DNA of 64,000 bases, from assembly GCF_963921235.1 (NCBI RefSeq), contig NC_086097.1:51462001-51526000 (forward strand). Reading direction: 5' to 3'. The notes under the pieces were generated by a model that was not told the DNA's origin, did no database searches, and worked only from the letters and a program-made list of their open reading frames with translations. The stretch comes from Mobula hypostoma. Taxonomy: Eukaryota. Positions 25,420 through 38,199 of this stretch are shown here, piece by piece (position 1 is the first letter of the stretch; every line of letters begins with the position of its first letter). Made by a program: the position numbers and the translations under genes.

Positions 25420-25545
25420 AGCGTAGCGTTTGGCACAACAGTATGTTCTCCCTGTGACCCTGTGGATTTCTTCCAGGTGTTCTGGATTACCCCCACAATC
25501 CAAAGACGTACCAGTTGGTCATGGTAAATTGTCCCGTGATTACGC
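25420..25545 (+). mobile_element. SINE core fragment
   Basis: GTATGTTCTCCCTGTGACCCTGTGGATTTCTTCCAGGTGTTCTGG..CCCACAATCCAAAGACGTAC, a typical fish/shark SINE central domain. Confidence 0.55.
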
Positions 25546-25929
25546 TACAGAAATATGAGCTAGGCATAGGAAGTTAAACAAACTCCAATGAATGAAAGAA
25601 TGCTTTGAAATTTGTGGCTTCTCACACTGCTAACTATCAATACAACTCCATTTCTTAACTTTTTCTAGATCAGGAAGTATTAACCTGCTTGATCTATAGA
25701 GTTTTCCCAAAATTTTCTTGCTTTTCTTTCAGATTTTCAGCATCTATAGTTTATGGTTCTTTGATTATTGTCTCATTAAATATTTAGCTAGCAGTCCAAG
25801 TTATAGAAGAACAACATGAATATAGCTCATATCAAATACACACTATTGTATTTATGTTTGATTTCACATTATAAACACCAATTCAAAAATACTAAATGAC
25901 TATTGTAAGACAAAAAAAAAGCACCATAC

Positions 25930-26061
25930 CTCTGTGTCGATCCATTTGGCACCATCTCTAGTATGTTGTACAGAACCATAGAAATGAATTGGTATTACAT
26001 ACTCAGGCCGAGCCTTTTCCCAAGGGTTGCCAAGTTGCAGCCAATGATCAGGTTCTTCTAC
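25930..26061 (-). CDS. PYGL: Glycogen phosphorylase exon 5 ([44 protein letters not shown])
   Basis: 132 bp with TAG acceptor and GTATGG donor; [14 protein letters not shown] motif. Confidence 0.93.
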
Positions 26062-26359
26062 CTATAATCAGGCAAAATAAAGCTTTAATAGTATTCCCTT
26101 GTGTAAATAATCACTCTGTGCCTAAATGTACTTTAAATGGAATATTTGTTACACCATCACTGTCAGATTATACAGAATGGCAAATTAAACCTTATGTAAG
26201 CAACTTCCAAATGCACCAACCTTCTTACTAAAGAATCAAGAATAATTTTCCTCCTGTGGTGAGACATTCCTTTGTTAAACTACTTTTAGAAATAAGGAGC
26301 ATGGTAATGTAATTGCAAGTAATGATTATGCATTTCTGATCTGACCACTGCTATTTTAC

Positions 26360-28925
26360 TTCAAAGTTCAAATTAAATATATTATCCAAGTATATATATG
26401 TCACAATATACAACCCTGAGATTTATTTTTTGCAGGCATACTCAATAAATCCATAATAGAATCAATGAAACACTGCACCAGCTTGGGTGTTCAACCTATG
26501 TACAAAAGACAACAAACTGTACAAACACAAAAAGAATGAAATAATAATAATAATCAGTAAGTAAGCAAAAATATCAAGAACATGAGATGAAGAGTCCTTG
26601 AAAGTGAGTCCGTATGTTGTGGGAACATTTCAGTGAAGTTGAGTGAAATTAATCCTTTTCAATCAAGAGTCTGATGGTTGAGGGGTAATAACTGTTGCCG
26701 AACCTGGTGGTGTGGATAAGATAGCGCCTGCAAACAACACTACCTTAGGAGACATCTTCTGGATAGTCTCAAAACTTTTACATCCTTTTTATTTTATTCT
26801 AGTACTTTTAGAGACTGTGACCTACAGTTTGAAAATTGATTGAGTGATCTGGTGCTCTGCTATCTTTGAGAAGATTCCAGGTGGACAGCAGCCTTGAGGC
26901 CTAGAAGCTTAAAAAAGGAGTGCAAGCCAATGATCGACTATTTCTTGCTGATCTTGGTTGTTCAGCAGTGTCTGCCAGCCTCTCACTTGCTGCTGCCATT
27001 GAAAGGTGTCTTTGTGTGATGATATCTCGCTCACTGAATCCAGAGGAAGGAGTCGGTGTGTGAGTCTCTTGCTTGCTCCTCCCTGGGAAAGGCCTTTGCA
27101 TTCAAATGGTCTCTCTCTCCCTCGAAGCTATCGGAGGATGGTACCAAAGTTCTGCAATTTATGGATTGTACTGTAGCCTAAATTGGACTCTTCTAATGTT
27201 TTTATATCCTTTGTTTTCCTCCATTCTTTCTTTAGCCATTTGCATGATTTATTTGTTTTTTTTGCACGCGTGTGTGTGTGTGTTGGGGGGGGCCTTGATG
27301 TTTTTGTCGTAATTTTCACGACTTGCTTTTTTGTGTGTGGGTTAGGGGAATTTAATGTTCTTGTTGCTGTTTGCATGATTTGTTTTTTTGTGCGTGGGAG
27401 GAGGTTTGATGTTTTCCTTTCAATGGCTTCCACAGTTTTCTTTGTTTCGTGGCTGTCTGAGAAAACAAATCTCAGAATTGTACACTGCATACATACTTTT
27501 ATAATAAATGTAACTCGAACCTTGAACCTTGGTGTGAGTCCTGAGGCTCCTGTACCTTCTTCCTGATGGCAGCAGTGAGAAGAGAGCATGGCCTGGGTGG
27601 TGGGATCCCTGATGATGAATGCTGCTTTCCTGCGATAATGCTCAATGTTTATACTTGCTTATTATTATTATTATTTTTCTCTCTGCTAGGTTATGTATTG
27701 CATTGAACTGCTGCTGCTAAGTTAACAAATTTCACGTCACATGCCAGTGATAATAAACCTGATACTGATTCTGTAGGTGTGCTCAAGGGTGGAAGGGCTT
27801 TACCCATGATTGATCGGGCTGTGTCCACTACCATTTGTAGGATTTTCTGTTCAAGGGTATTTGGTGTTTCTACATCAGACTGTGTTGCAGCCAGTCTTCC
27901 CACTCATCTATAAATGTTTGTCAAAGTTTTAGGTGTCATGCCAAATCTTCGCAAAATCCTAAGGAAGCAGAGGAGTTGCTGTACTTTCTTTGTAATTGCA
28001 CTTACGTGCTGGGCCCAGGATAGGTCCTCCAAAATGACACCACCAAGGAATTTAAAGTGCTAACCCTCTCCACTTCTGGTCCTCTGATGAGGACTAGCTC
28101 ATGGACCTCTGGTTTCCTTCTCCTGATATTGAGGAAGAGGTTGTTGTTGTGGTACCACTCAACCAGATTTTCAATCTCCCTCCTATATGCTGATTCAGCC
28201 TATGACAGCAAACTTGAATATGGCACTGGAGCTATGCTTGGCCACACAGTTGTAAGTGTAAAGTGAGTAGAGCAGGAGGCTAAGCACAGCCTTATTAGGC
28301 ACCTGTGCTGATGGAGAAAGAAGTGGAGGAGCTGTTGTTGCCAATCCGAACTGACTGGGGTCTGCAAGTAAGGAAATCGAAGATCCAATTGATATGTTTT
28401 GAGAGGATGGTAGTATTGAATGCCTATGAGGAGAGGAGAGATCGAGTCCCATAGCTGTTCCTCTGTGTCCCGCGTCCACACCTTTGTTGTCCTAATCTCT
28501 GCCTGTGTGCAGGTAGGAGAAGGACAGCCAAGTGATCAGATTTCCTGAAATACGGTCTGGGAATGGAACAGTAGGCATTCCTTATCTTAATATAACAGTG
28601 GTCTAGTGTTGGGACCGCTAGTGCTCCAGGTTATATGCTGATGATAATTGGGCAGAGATTGGGAAGTCCCTGACTATGATTTGAAATGGGTCAGGATGAA
28701 TGGTTTTTTGCTGGAGACAGCATTATGCAGCATCTCAAGTGCTTGATTTATAGTTGCCCGCTGATGGTATGTAAACTCCAGTAAGGATTACGAATGAAAA
28801 CTCCCTGGGTAAATAGAATGGACGGCATTTGATCATTATGTGTTCAAGTTCAGTGGAACATGAGTTTAGCAAAACTGCCACATTAGAGCACAACCAAAAG
28901 TTTATCATGAAACACACACCGCTAC
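26360..28925 (-). mobile_element. Fragmented Rex1/Babar-type LINE remnants with nested short insertions
   Basis: EN-like peptide CSTELEHIMIKCRPFYLPREFSFVILTGVYIP (28735-28917); RT remnant LYSLYT..AIFKFA (~28200-28300); 3' tail at ~26360. Confidence 0.65.
26717..27530 (+). mobile_element. Non-coding retroposon inserted in the Rex1-type LINE
   Basis: Starts TAAGATAGCG, has a T-rich body and ends AATAAA..(GAACCTT)2; host sequence AACCTGGTGGTGTG..GTGTGAGTCCTGAGGCTCCTGTACC resumes after it. Confidence 0.55.
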
Positions 28926-29612
28926 CTTTTATTTACTAAATAAAGGGGATGTTTCAATTTTTGTTGTGCTGAGCCCTGTTATAATTCTCTATTGTCCTTC
29001 CTTAAGGAAGAATAGGAAACTCTTTTCAATGCAAAAGCCAGTAACATTAGAGGCGAGTACCAACTTTTCTAATTGGAGGACAGCAGCCTGATTATTGGTT
29101 GACAATCATTATTTAAGGGTTACTATTCACGTTTCATTATTTATGGAATTATCGGAAAGTAATCATCTTAGTTTCAAGGTATCAGTTGATGAGACTCAAT
29201 AGGTCATAACTTTGGCTCAGTAATCTTCAGCTACTTTATCCGGGACTGACCATCCTTCCACTGTTAAGGTGGGCAAATCAATGGCATGTGGAATCTTATT
29301 CAGTGTAATATGATGAATTTTGGAGATGTTTGATAAGGGTAGGGCCCTAGGGAGTACTTGATGTTGTCACTGATGTGGTGGACCACATCCCTGTATTTTT
29401 CCTTTCCACGTGCCTGACCAATATTTTTAAACACTGCAATTGAACTTGCCTCTACCACCTCCTCTGGCAGCTCATTCCATGAGCCCGCAAGTCCCTGTGT
29501 GGAAAAACTTGCCCCTTAGTTCCCTTTTATATCTTTCCCCTCTCACCTTAAACCTATGCTCCCAAGATTAAGACTCTCCTACACTGAGAAAAAGACTGTG
29601 ACTACCTGCCCT

Positions 29613-30118
29613 TGTGGAAGTCATAACAAGGCAAGTGTAAAAATAATGTCCAGAGACAGATATTTCACAGGTGGGGTGTTGTCAACCCAGGCAAGGAAGG
29701 TCTCTGAACAGCATAGTTTCCTGTTGCACAGCATGGGGCTGGGCCCACTTGGCACACCAAGACAAAATAAAGATGCATATGAAGGATTCTAGGATGGCAC
29801 TTACTATTATTCAATTATTTTACTAATTCTGAAGTATTATTCACCTTTAACATGTGGATTATATTGGCTATTAATATCTGTATTAACATAGTGTGATTGA
29901 TGATTAATTATGCAAATATGGAATTTGTACAGCCACACGGTTACCAATTGGTCAATATCTGTATCCAAGTAGAGAATTTCTGTATAAAAATGGCATTTTT
30001 TGTTCAAACTTTAGACTTCAGTGATAGAGGCCATACTATTCACCTTGTGCACAGGTAAATAAAAGTGTGATTGAGGAATGAGTGCAAGTTTTAAGGGTCT
30101 AGTTAATCGGTGACAACA
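29613..30118 (+). mobile_element. Probable solo LTR
   Basis: TG...CA termini; 4-bp TSD-like CCCT/TCCT; internal ATGCAAAT (29910), CCAAT (29944), TATAAAA (29983) and AATAAA (30058); it cleanly interrupts CR1 sequence. Confidence 0.6.
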
Positions 30119-30451
30119 TCCTATCTATGCCCCTCATAACTGTTTAAATTTCTCCTGAGGGTCAACCCTCAGGCTCCTTTACTCAGGGGAAAACAGTGCC
30201 AGCCTATCCAATCCCTCCTTATAACTCAAACTCTATAGTCTAAGCACCATCCTTAAAAACCTTTTCTGTGCCCTCTCCAGCTTTATCATATCATTCTTAT
30301 AGCTGGCAACTGGAACTGCAAACAATATTTGAAGTGTGGTCTCTCCAATATTTTGTACAACTGTAACGTGACACCCCAATTCCTGTACTCAATCCCATGA
30401 AGACAAACATGGCATTTACTTTTTCACCTTCATTGCCATTTTAGCAAAGTA

Positions 30452-30569
30452 CACTCAGCGGCCACAAAGATCTAATCATGTGGCAGCAACTCAATGCATA
30501 AAAGCGTGCAGACAAGGTTAAGAGGTTCAGTTATTGTTCAGACCAAACATCAGAATGGACAACTGAGTG
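30452..30569. mobile_element. Very short Tc1-like MITE remnant
   Basis: TA-CACTCAG ... CTGAGTG-TA termini. Confidence 0.6.
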
Positions 30570-31449
30570 TATGTACTTGAAAGCCAGGGTTTCTCTTTTC
30601 AACAAAACTCCTCGGTACAAAAAGAAGTAAAAATTACAGAACCTCATCTAAGGTTTTGAATGTTTTGCTACAGTTATATAAAGTATTTGAATAGTTATCT
30701 AAACCAGTAATTGAAATAAAAATGTATTTTCCAGGTAGCACAAAACAATCATGTAATAAAATTATAATGATTCATATTTGAATTCCAGACTGTAGTGTAC
30801 TGCATTCTACTGAAATTGCCAATTTTGCATCACAACGTATTTAGAGTCTTGTCAATGGACCAAGCACAGCAAATCGGACCAGCTTAGACAGACGTCTTTA
30901 ACCAGCCTGGACAAATTGGGCAGATCAGCTTGTTTCCATACTTTATAACTCTATGAATCTATGAAGAATTAACAGCAAACCAAAAGAGGCATTTGGTAAC
31001 ACAAATTTTGAACAGTAGACTTTGCTTAACCAGAAGGCAAACTGATTAGCAAGCACAAGACAGGTACTGAATAAAATTCAGCGTGGGTTAAAATGCAGGT
31101 AACAGAATGTTTGGTAGTTTTAAATTTATGGAGAAGGAAACTTATTATACAGAAGGTATTTCACAAATGGATTCTGAAGTTCTGCAAATATGATGTTATG
31201 TTCTGTAATACAATGTGAGGGCATTTTGTATCCAAACAAAATGAATGTACAATGTTTCATTTATTAACTTAAATAAGTGGAATGCACCATCATTTTCTGC
31301 ATATGGCATTCTGCTGATGGCAAAAGGGCATGAAGGTTTCCAGTTTGTGTTTGCAAAAACGTTTCAACTGCAATATTAGTGAAAAAGTAGTAGTGAGAAA
31401 GAAAGTCTGAACTGGAACTAAGACAGAGAAAAGGTAATTAATTAATTCA

Positions 31450-31671
<222 letters not shown>

Positions 31672-32073
31672 CTATTTTAGCTTATTAATAGGCTAACATT
31701 AACTCAACTGATGAGATTATACACTTAAATGAAATGAAATGCTCCCCCATTAATAAACAACGCTGCAAATTCCACAATACATGTTGGTAGGATATTTCTA
31801 CAGAGTCAGCTAAATGATACAATGAATAAATGTCAGTTTTCACAATGCCCTCAGAAGTCGGACTTTTGTAAAAATAGAGACCTGTATTCTGAATTTATTT
31901 TCCTTTACATCCACTATAATATTCCATACTCAGTAGTGACTTGGCATCCCAAGTTATCCTCATTACCCAAGATATTATTCAATTACCAAATTGTTCAGCA
32001 ATTTTCAGCTGTATATGCATTTTTCCAGGGTTAGCTGACTTTCTGGTAGTCTTTTTTTCAAGTATTGTTTTGT

Positions 32074-32108
32074 ATATGAATATGAATATGAATATGAGTA
32101 TATGAATA
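32074..32108. repeat. (TATGAA)n short tandem repeat
   Basis: About 5 imperfect units are visible. Confidence 0.8.
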
Positions 32109-32435
32109 AATGTATCCTAACATATGGAACTTCAAACTTTCTCTTCTTTGAGGATAAATATAGAAGAAAGTAAATTTATACAGTGAGATAGAAAGGGAAC
32201 TTGTTCATGCTTTGGGCACAGTAGGATATGAAATGCAGTATCTAACAGGGAAAAATTGTGAAATGACAACATACAGCTATCCCACACAAATATATTTATG
32301 AAAACTAAGAATAGAACTTTCCATAAAAATAATAAGTTTCCTATTGAAGGAACATCAATATTTTATTTGAAAAACAAATAGATTTCTCTATCTTAGGGAT
32401 GCATGGAAGGCAGAAATGTGGAAGAATAAAATTAC

Positions 32436-32514
32436 CTGCAAGCCTTCCTAAGCCTCCATTACCAAGACCAGCATCATTTTCAACTTCCTCCAATTCCTCA
32501 ATATCTAAACCCAT
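32436..32514 (-). CDS. PYGL: Glycogen phosphorylase exon 3 ([26 protein letters not shown])
   Basis: 79 bp with CAG acceptor and GTAATT donor; invariant [13 protein letters not shown] motif. Confidence 0.95.
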
Positions 32515-32919
32515 CTGTAGCAAACAAAGAATACAATATCAGACACAAATTCAAGGAACCAATTCTGTATATCCATTTCAACATTAAACTGAATTCAGAT
32601 GATTTAGATGAAACCAGAAAGGCAGTAAGGATAAGATCCAAGGCATAATTTTATCTAGCAGTGAAATTTATGCAACCCTTTTAAATTTAAAACCATTAAA
32701 ATAAATCAGAATAACCATCTCAAAACCGGCATATCTCCTAAATTCTTTTGCTTACAATAAACTGTTGTCAATATGTCCCACCCCCAAATTAAAGACAAGT
32801 ACATCACTGCCAACATGAATATTTCTGCCACTAACCCAGCGTGCTAATAGGTTGTATATCATAAATCATTCCTGAAATTGTCATTCACCATGTTTTGTAG
32901 ATAGCAATTTCACCTGGAT

Positions 32920-32923
<4 letters not shown>

Positions 32924-32957
<34 letters not shown>
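32924..32957. repeat. (TC)n microsatellite
   Basis: About 16 TC units. Confidence 0.95.
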
Positions 32958-32960
<3 letters not shown>

Positions 32961-33019
32961 TAGTTCTGCTCACAAATTTTGTTCCTGAAAATATCAGTCA
33001 AGTGCATAAGAGGGGAAGC

Positions 33020-33300
33020 ATAATGGCAAACTGGTGGTGCTGCTGTCTCACAGCTCTAGTAACCTGGGTTCAATCCTGATCTCCAATGCTGACTGAATGA
33101 AACCTGGAACTCTCCCTGTGAGCACACAGAATTCTTCTGGATGCTTCAGTTTCCTCCTGAATCCCAAATGTGTTCATTGCTCCTGTGTGCAGGTGAGATA
33201 GAATCTTGCAAGTTGATGGGGGGGCAGGGATTGATGGGAAAGAGGATACAATAGATTATTGGGAAAATTAGTAGGGTGCTCTGTAAGCTGGCAGGTTGTG
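33020..33300 (+). mobile_element. tRNA-derived SINE, degenerate
   Basis: B-box GGTTCAATCC at ~33067 preceded by an A-box-like segment, followed by a CTCTCCCTGTGA..CAGTTTCCTCC core. Confidence 0.6.
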
Positions 33301-33861
33301 CAAAATTCAAATCTTTTATCAAATTCAGCCGAGTACTTATATTAATGGTTGTAACAAACAAAACACAAATTCTTAGGTAGTAACACAAATTAAGTGAAGT
33401 GGCCTATCCAACTCTTAAAACAAGTGGACAATAATTCTTGCATGCTCATTTTTTTTGTTTCTAAAGTAGGCCAAATATAATTTGAGGGTTTATATTCTCT
33501 AGTACCCTTTAAAAGAAAAAGAATTGTGGTAAAGGCAAATTTAATGCCAGTGTTCATTTATGAGTAAAAAATATCCGAACTGTTTATAAAATTAACAGGC
33601 AAAATAAAAATCTGAATCATAAATTAAAGGTACACATAACCAAAGGCTTTGTTATAAAGCTTGGTTTTAAGGAGCACCCTATAAGAGGAGAAAAAAAAAG
33701 AAGCTTGTGAGTGAAAACTTCACAGTTTTGGTTCTGGGTGCGGTAGTGAGGCAGTCCATAATCTTCTGTACTTATTTAGCCCATTATTAATAACTACAAT
33801 GCTACATTGCTGGTGAAGTAAAAGGGAAGCGGTACTCTGAGCAATTAGTAGCCCAGCTGCA

Positions 33862-36009
33862 TAAGAACATAAGAAATAGGAGCAGGAGTAGGCCATCCGG
33901 CCCATCGAGCCTGCACCACCATTCAATAAGATCATACCTGATCTGTCCATAAACTCAGCTCTATCTACCTGCCTTTACCCCATAACCCTTAATTCCCCTG
34001 CTATGTAAAAATCTACATAACTGTATCTTAAATATATTTAATAAAGAAGCCTCAACTGCTTTGCTGGGCGGAGAATTCCACAGATTTACCACTCTCTGGG
34101 AAAAACAGTTTCTCCTCATCTCTGCCCTAAATCTTCTCCCCTGAATCTTGAGGCAATGTCCCCTAGTTCTAGTCTCATCTACCAATGGAAACAACTTTCC
34201 TACTTCTATCTTGTCAATCCCTTTCAAAATGTTGTGTGTTTCTATAAGATCCCCTCTCATTCTTCTGAACTCCAGAGAGTGAAGTCCCAGGCGACTCAAT
34301 CTCTCCTCATAGGTTAACCCCTTCATCTCTGGAATCAACTTGGTGAACCTCCTCTGCACTGCCTCCAAAGCCAGTATATCCTTCCTCAAGTATGGAGACC
34401 AGAACTGCACACAGTACTCCAGGTGCGGCCTCACCAGTGCCTTGTATAGTTGCAGCATGACCGCCCTGCTCTTGAATTCAATCCCTCTAGCAATGAAGAC
34501 CAACATTCCATTTGCCTTCTTAATAACCTGTTGTACCTGCAAGCCAACTTTTTGCGATTCATGAACAAGCACTCCCAAGTCCCTCTGCACAACAGCATAC
34601 TGCAATCTTTCACCATTTAAATAATAATCTGCTCTTTTCTTATTCCTTCCAAAGTGGATGATCTTGCATTTACCAATGTTGTATTCCATCTGCCAGACCT
34701 TGGCCCACTCACTTAACCTTTCTATATCCCTCTGCAGACTCTCCACCTCCTCTGTACAATTTGCTTTTCCACTCAGTTTAGTGTCATCAGCAAATTTTGT
34801 TATGCTACACTCAGTCCCCTCTTGCAAATCATCAATGTAAATGGTAAACAGCTGTGGGCCCAGCACCGACCCCTGCGGCACCCCACTCACCACTGACTGC
34901 CAACTGGAGAAACACCCATTTATACCAACTCTCTGCCTTCTATTGGTTAACCAATCCACAATCCATGCCAATACTCTTCCTCCAACCCCATGCATCTGTA
35001 TCTTATTTATAAGTCTCTTCTGCGGCACCTTATCAAACGCCTTCTGGAAATCCAAGTATACGACATCCACCTGTTCCCCTCTATCCACTGCACTCATTAT
35101 GTCCTCAAAGAACTCCAGTAAGTTTGTCAAACAGGACCTGCCCTTTCTAAATCCATGCTGCATCTGTCTAATGGAACCACTCCTTTCTAAATGTTTTGCT
35201 ATTTCTTCCTTAATGACAGCTTCAAGCATTTTCCCAACTACAGACTTTAAGATAATTGGCCTATAGTTGCCCATCTTTTGCTTACAGCCTTTTTAAAAAA
35301 GTGGCGTGACATTTGCTGTCTTCCAATCCACCGGGACCTGCTGAGAGTCTAGAGTTTTGGTAAATGATTACCAACACATCTACAATAACCTCTGCCAATT
35401 CCCTCAGAACCCTGGGATGCATCCCATCAGGACCAAGGGACTTATCTATCTTCAGGCCCTCTAGTTTGCTCATTACTATCTCTTTAGTGACAATGATTTT
35501 ATCGAGGTCCTCAGCTCCCATTTCGTCCATAACATCACTCTTTGGCATATTAGACATGTCCTCCACCATGAAGACCGACACAAAATAGTCGTTCAAGATC
35601 TCAGCCATTTCCTTATCACCCAATATTAATTTCCCCTTCCTGTCTTCCAAGGGACCTACATTGACTTTAGCCACCCTCTTCTGCTTTATATATTTATAAA
35701 AACTTTTGCTATCTGTTTTTTATATTTTGTGCTAATTTACTTTCATACTCTATCTTCCCTTTCCTTATTTCTCGTTTAGTTGTTCTTTGTTGCTTTTTAA
35801 AGTTTTCCTAATCCTCTAGTCTCCCACTACTCTTTGCGACTTTGTACACATGAGCTTTTAATTTGATACTATTTTTTATTTCCTTAGTTATCCAAGGCTG
35901 ACTCTCCCCACACTTACTGTTCTTACTTTTGACTGGAATATACTTTTGTTGAGCACTGTGAAAAATCTCTTTGAAAGTATTCCACTGTTCCTCAACTGTC
36001 CTACCAAAT
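33862..36009 (-). mobile_element. Young 5'-truncated CR1 LINE
   Basis: Uninterrupted 437-aa RT ORF 33961-35274 ([27 protein letters not shown]); (ATAAGAAC)n tail; 7-bp TSD AGCTGCA (33855-33861 and 36010-36016). Confidence 0.95.
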
Positions 36010-36316
36010 AGCTGCAACATGATGAAGCTGAATGAGATGAATTTAGACTGCACTATCAATGTACTACCCTTGGATTGGAGAAAGACAGAAGGAATGGGAT
36101 GGAAATGAGTTCTGGAAATATGATTTAACAACTAATTGAAAATGGAAAAGCAGAGGAAACTGGGATCACAACGCAACCCCAGGACCAACATTTGAAAAGA
36201 AAGGGTAGCTTCAAATCTGACTGAGACTAATCATCTGGCGTCTTGATGAACAGTGTACTGAGGAAGATGTAAGTGCTTGATGGGTGCCTTTACAATTAAG
36301 AATTTGAAATAAGCTA

Positions 36317-36939
36317 CGAGGGGTGATTGATAAGTTTGTGGCCTAAGGTAGAGGGAGTCAATTTTAGAAAACCTAGCACATTTATTTTTCCCACATTTAC
36401 ACATTTAGTCCAGTGGTCGTGAAACATACGGATCCCTTCTTTGTAGAAGTCGGAGTCTTGGACCTCCAGAAGAGGTCCACAGCATGGGTGATTGATAAGT
36501 TCGTGACCTAAGGTAGAAGGAGATGAGTTATTAACTTCAAACTTTCTGCATTTTCACTCAAAGAGTTGAACTGCATGTGCATGTAACGAGAGCTGTATAA
36601 CTCATCTCCTTCTACCTTAGGCCACGAACTTATCAATCACCCCTGCTGTGAACCACCTGGAGGTCCAAGACGGTCTCGTTACGTGCACATGCAGTTCAAC
36701 TCTTTGAGTGATAATGCAGAAAGTTTGAAGTTAATAACTCATGTCCTTCTACCAGAGGCCACAAAGTTATCAATCACCGCTGCTGTGGACCACTTCTACA
36801 AAGAAGGGATCCGTATGCTTCACGACCGCTGGACTAAATGTGTACATGTAGGAGGGGACTATGTTGAAAAATAAATGTGCTAGGTTTTCTAAAACTGACT
36901 CCTTCTACCTTAGGCCACAAACTTATCAATCACCCCTCG
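36317..36939. mobile_element. Fold-back mariner-derived MITE
   Basis: TA-flanked ~75-bp TIRs CGAGGGGTGATTGATAAGTTTGTGGCCTAAGGTAG..; mariner C-terminal peptide FYKEGIRMLHDRWTKCVHVGGDYVEK* (36790-36874) mirrored in the left arm. Confidence 0.92.
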
Positions 36940-37134
36940 TAAATATACCTTTCATCAGTTGTCAGTGATATCTCTCAATACTCAGCATAATACTTGGCAG
37001 CCAAAGCTGTACTGCAACGATTCAAACTAGGTGTCCAATTGATGTAGTACAAATTTCCCAAAAAGCAATAATATTTGAGGTTAATAATATAATGTTTTGT
37101 AATTTTTTTCTTTAAAAGAAAATCATTTACTAAC

Positions 37135-37236
37135 CTGGTACATAGCTTCATCACAGGAACTTTCTATACCCAAATTAATCATTGTATTCTGCAAGGTGCG
37201 ACCCATGTAGAACTCCAGAGACAAATAGTAAATCCG
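37135..37236 (-). CDS. PYGL: Glycogen phosphorylase exon 2 ([34 protein letters not shown])
   Basis: 102 bp with CAG acceptor and GTTAGT donor; [15 protein letters not shown] motif. Confidence 0.95.
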
Positions 37237-38199
37237 CTGAAAAATAGTTATCTATCATGTGCAAATGCAAATTAGACATGAATACTAAGAACTACATGCT
37301 ACATAAATTTCATGCTGATTCTGGAATCATCAAACAATAAAGCCCATTGTACTTCTGTTGAGCCTTTGAAAGAGTATCCAGTAAATCCCATGTTCCATTC
37401 TTTGCTATAGCCCTGAAAATCACGTGGATTTTTTGTGCATTGGTTATAAATCTTTAAATCAATGAAAACATGTTTTCTCCACCTATTCTATTAAAATCCC
37501 TCAATTTTGAGCTGCTCCATTAAATTCCTATTTTCTTTCGCTCGGAGGAAAATAATCCCATCTTCTCTAATCTAAAGAAGTTCAGTGTCCATTGCTGGTA
37601 TCGTTCTGATAAATTTCCTACACCAATCTAAAGCATGATGTCCAAACCCTATCTTAGCTGAATACTATGCTTCTGATTTATATAGGTCCATCTCAGTTTC
37701 CCTAAATTCTGTATCCTCTGTCCTACTTGTAAAGTTCAGGATCTCATGTTTATTGAAGAAAAATTAATTTCCTCTGTCACCTACAAAGATGGACTTGAGA
37801 GCTCATGCAATCTGTTCATCTGCATTATACAATAATACAATTTACCTGACTCTCCCCAGTTTGATTTGTGAAGTGAGCTGCTTCACACTTTTCTATCTTT
37901 AATTTGATCTGCCATTTAGCTATCAATTTTATCTGCTTATATTCTTCTCAAATATGCTAAAAGGTTCTTTATTTATTAATTTCCAAATGTCCATTATCTG
38001 AAAATGTTTAAGTTATGCCCCTCAAACCAGACCATATATAATACAATAAGCTCTGGGCCTCAATTCTATGTCCAGGCAAATATAATTATGTAGTTTCCTC
38101 CAGGGCAATTTGTATCCAAGCTGCAACTTTAATTCTAAACACAAGGTTTGCTGATGCTTCTCTGGAAAGTTTAAACTCGTTTTGCAGGGGGCTGAGAAC

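Larger units (their letters stand above)
29400..30610 (-). mobile_element. Old CR1 3' fragment interrupted by a solo LTR and a Tc1-like MITE
   Basis: CTCTACCACCTCCTCTGGCAGCTCATTCC..CCTTAAACCTATG and CTATCTATGCCCCTCATAA..AAGTGTGGTCT match other CR1 copies in reverse. Confidence 0.7.

Noticed and set aside
27128..27589. Hydrophobic and Lys/Thr-rich ORFs suggesting a membrane protein
   Set aside because: They arise from the low-complexity T/G-rich body of a non-coding repeat.
33040..33090. tRNA gene (also ~50230-50299)
   Set aside because: Only A/B boxes followed by SINE core sequence; no cloverleaf is evident.
36317..36939. Repeated ~30-bp motif resembling a CRISPR array
   Set aside because: The copies are in mixed orientation, the spacers are mutually palindromic and the context is eukaryotic; they are mariner TIR copies.
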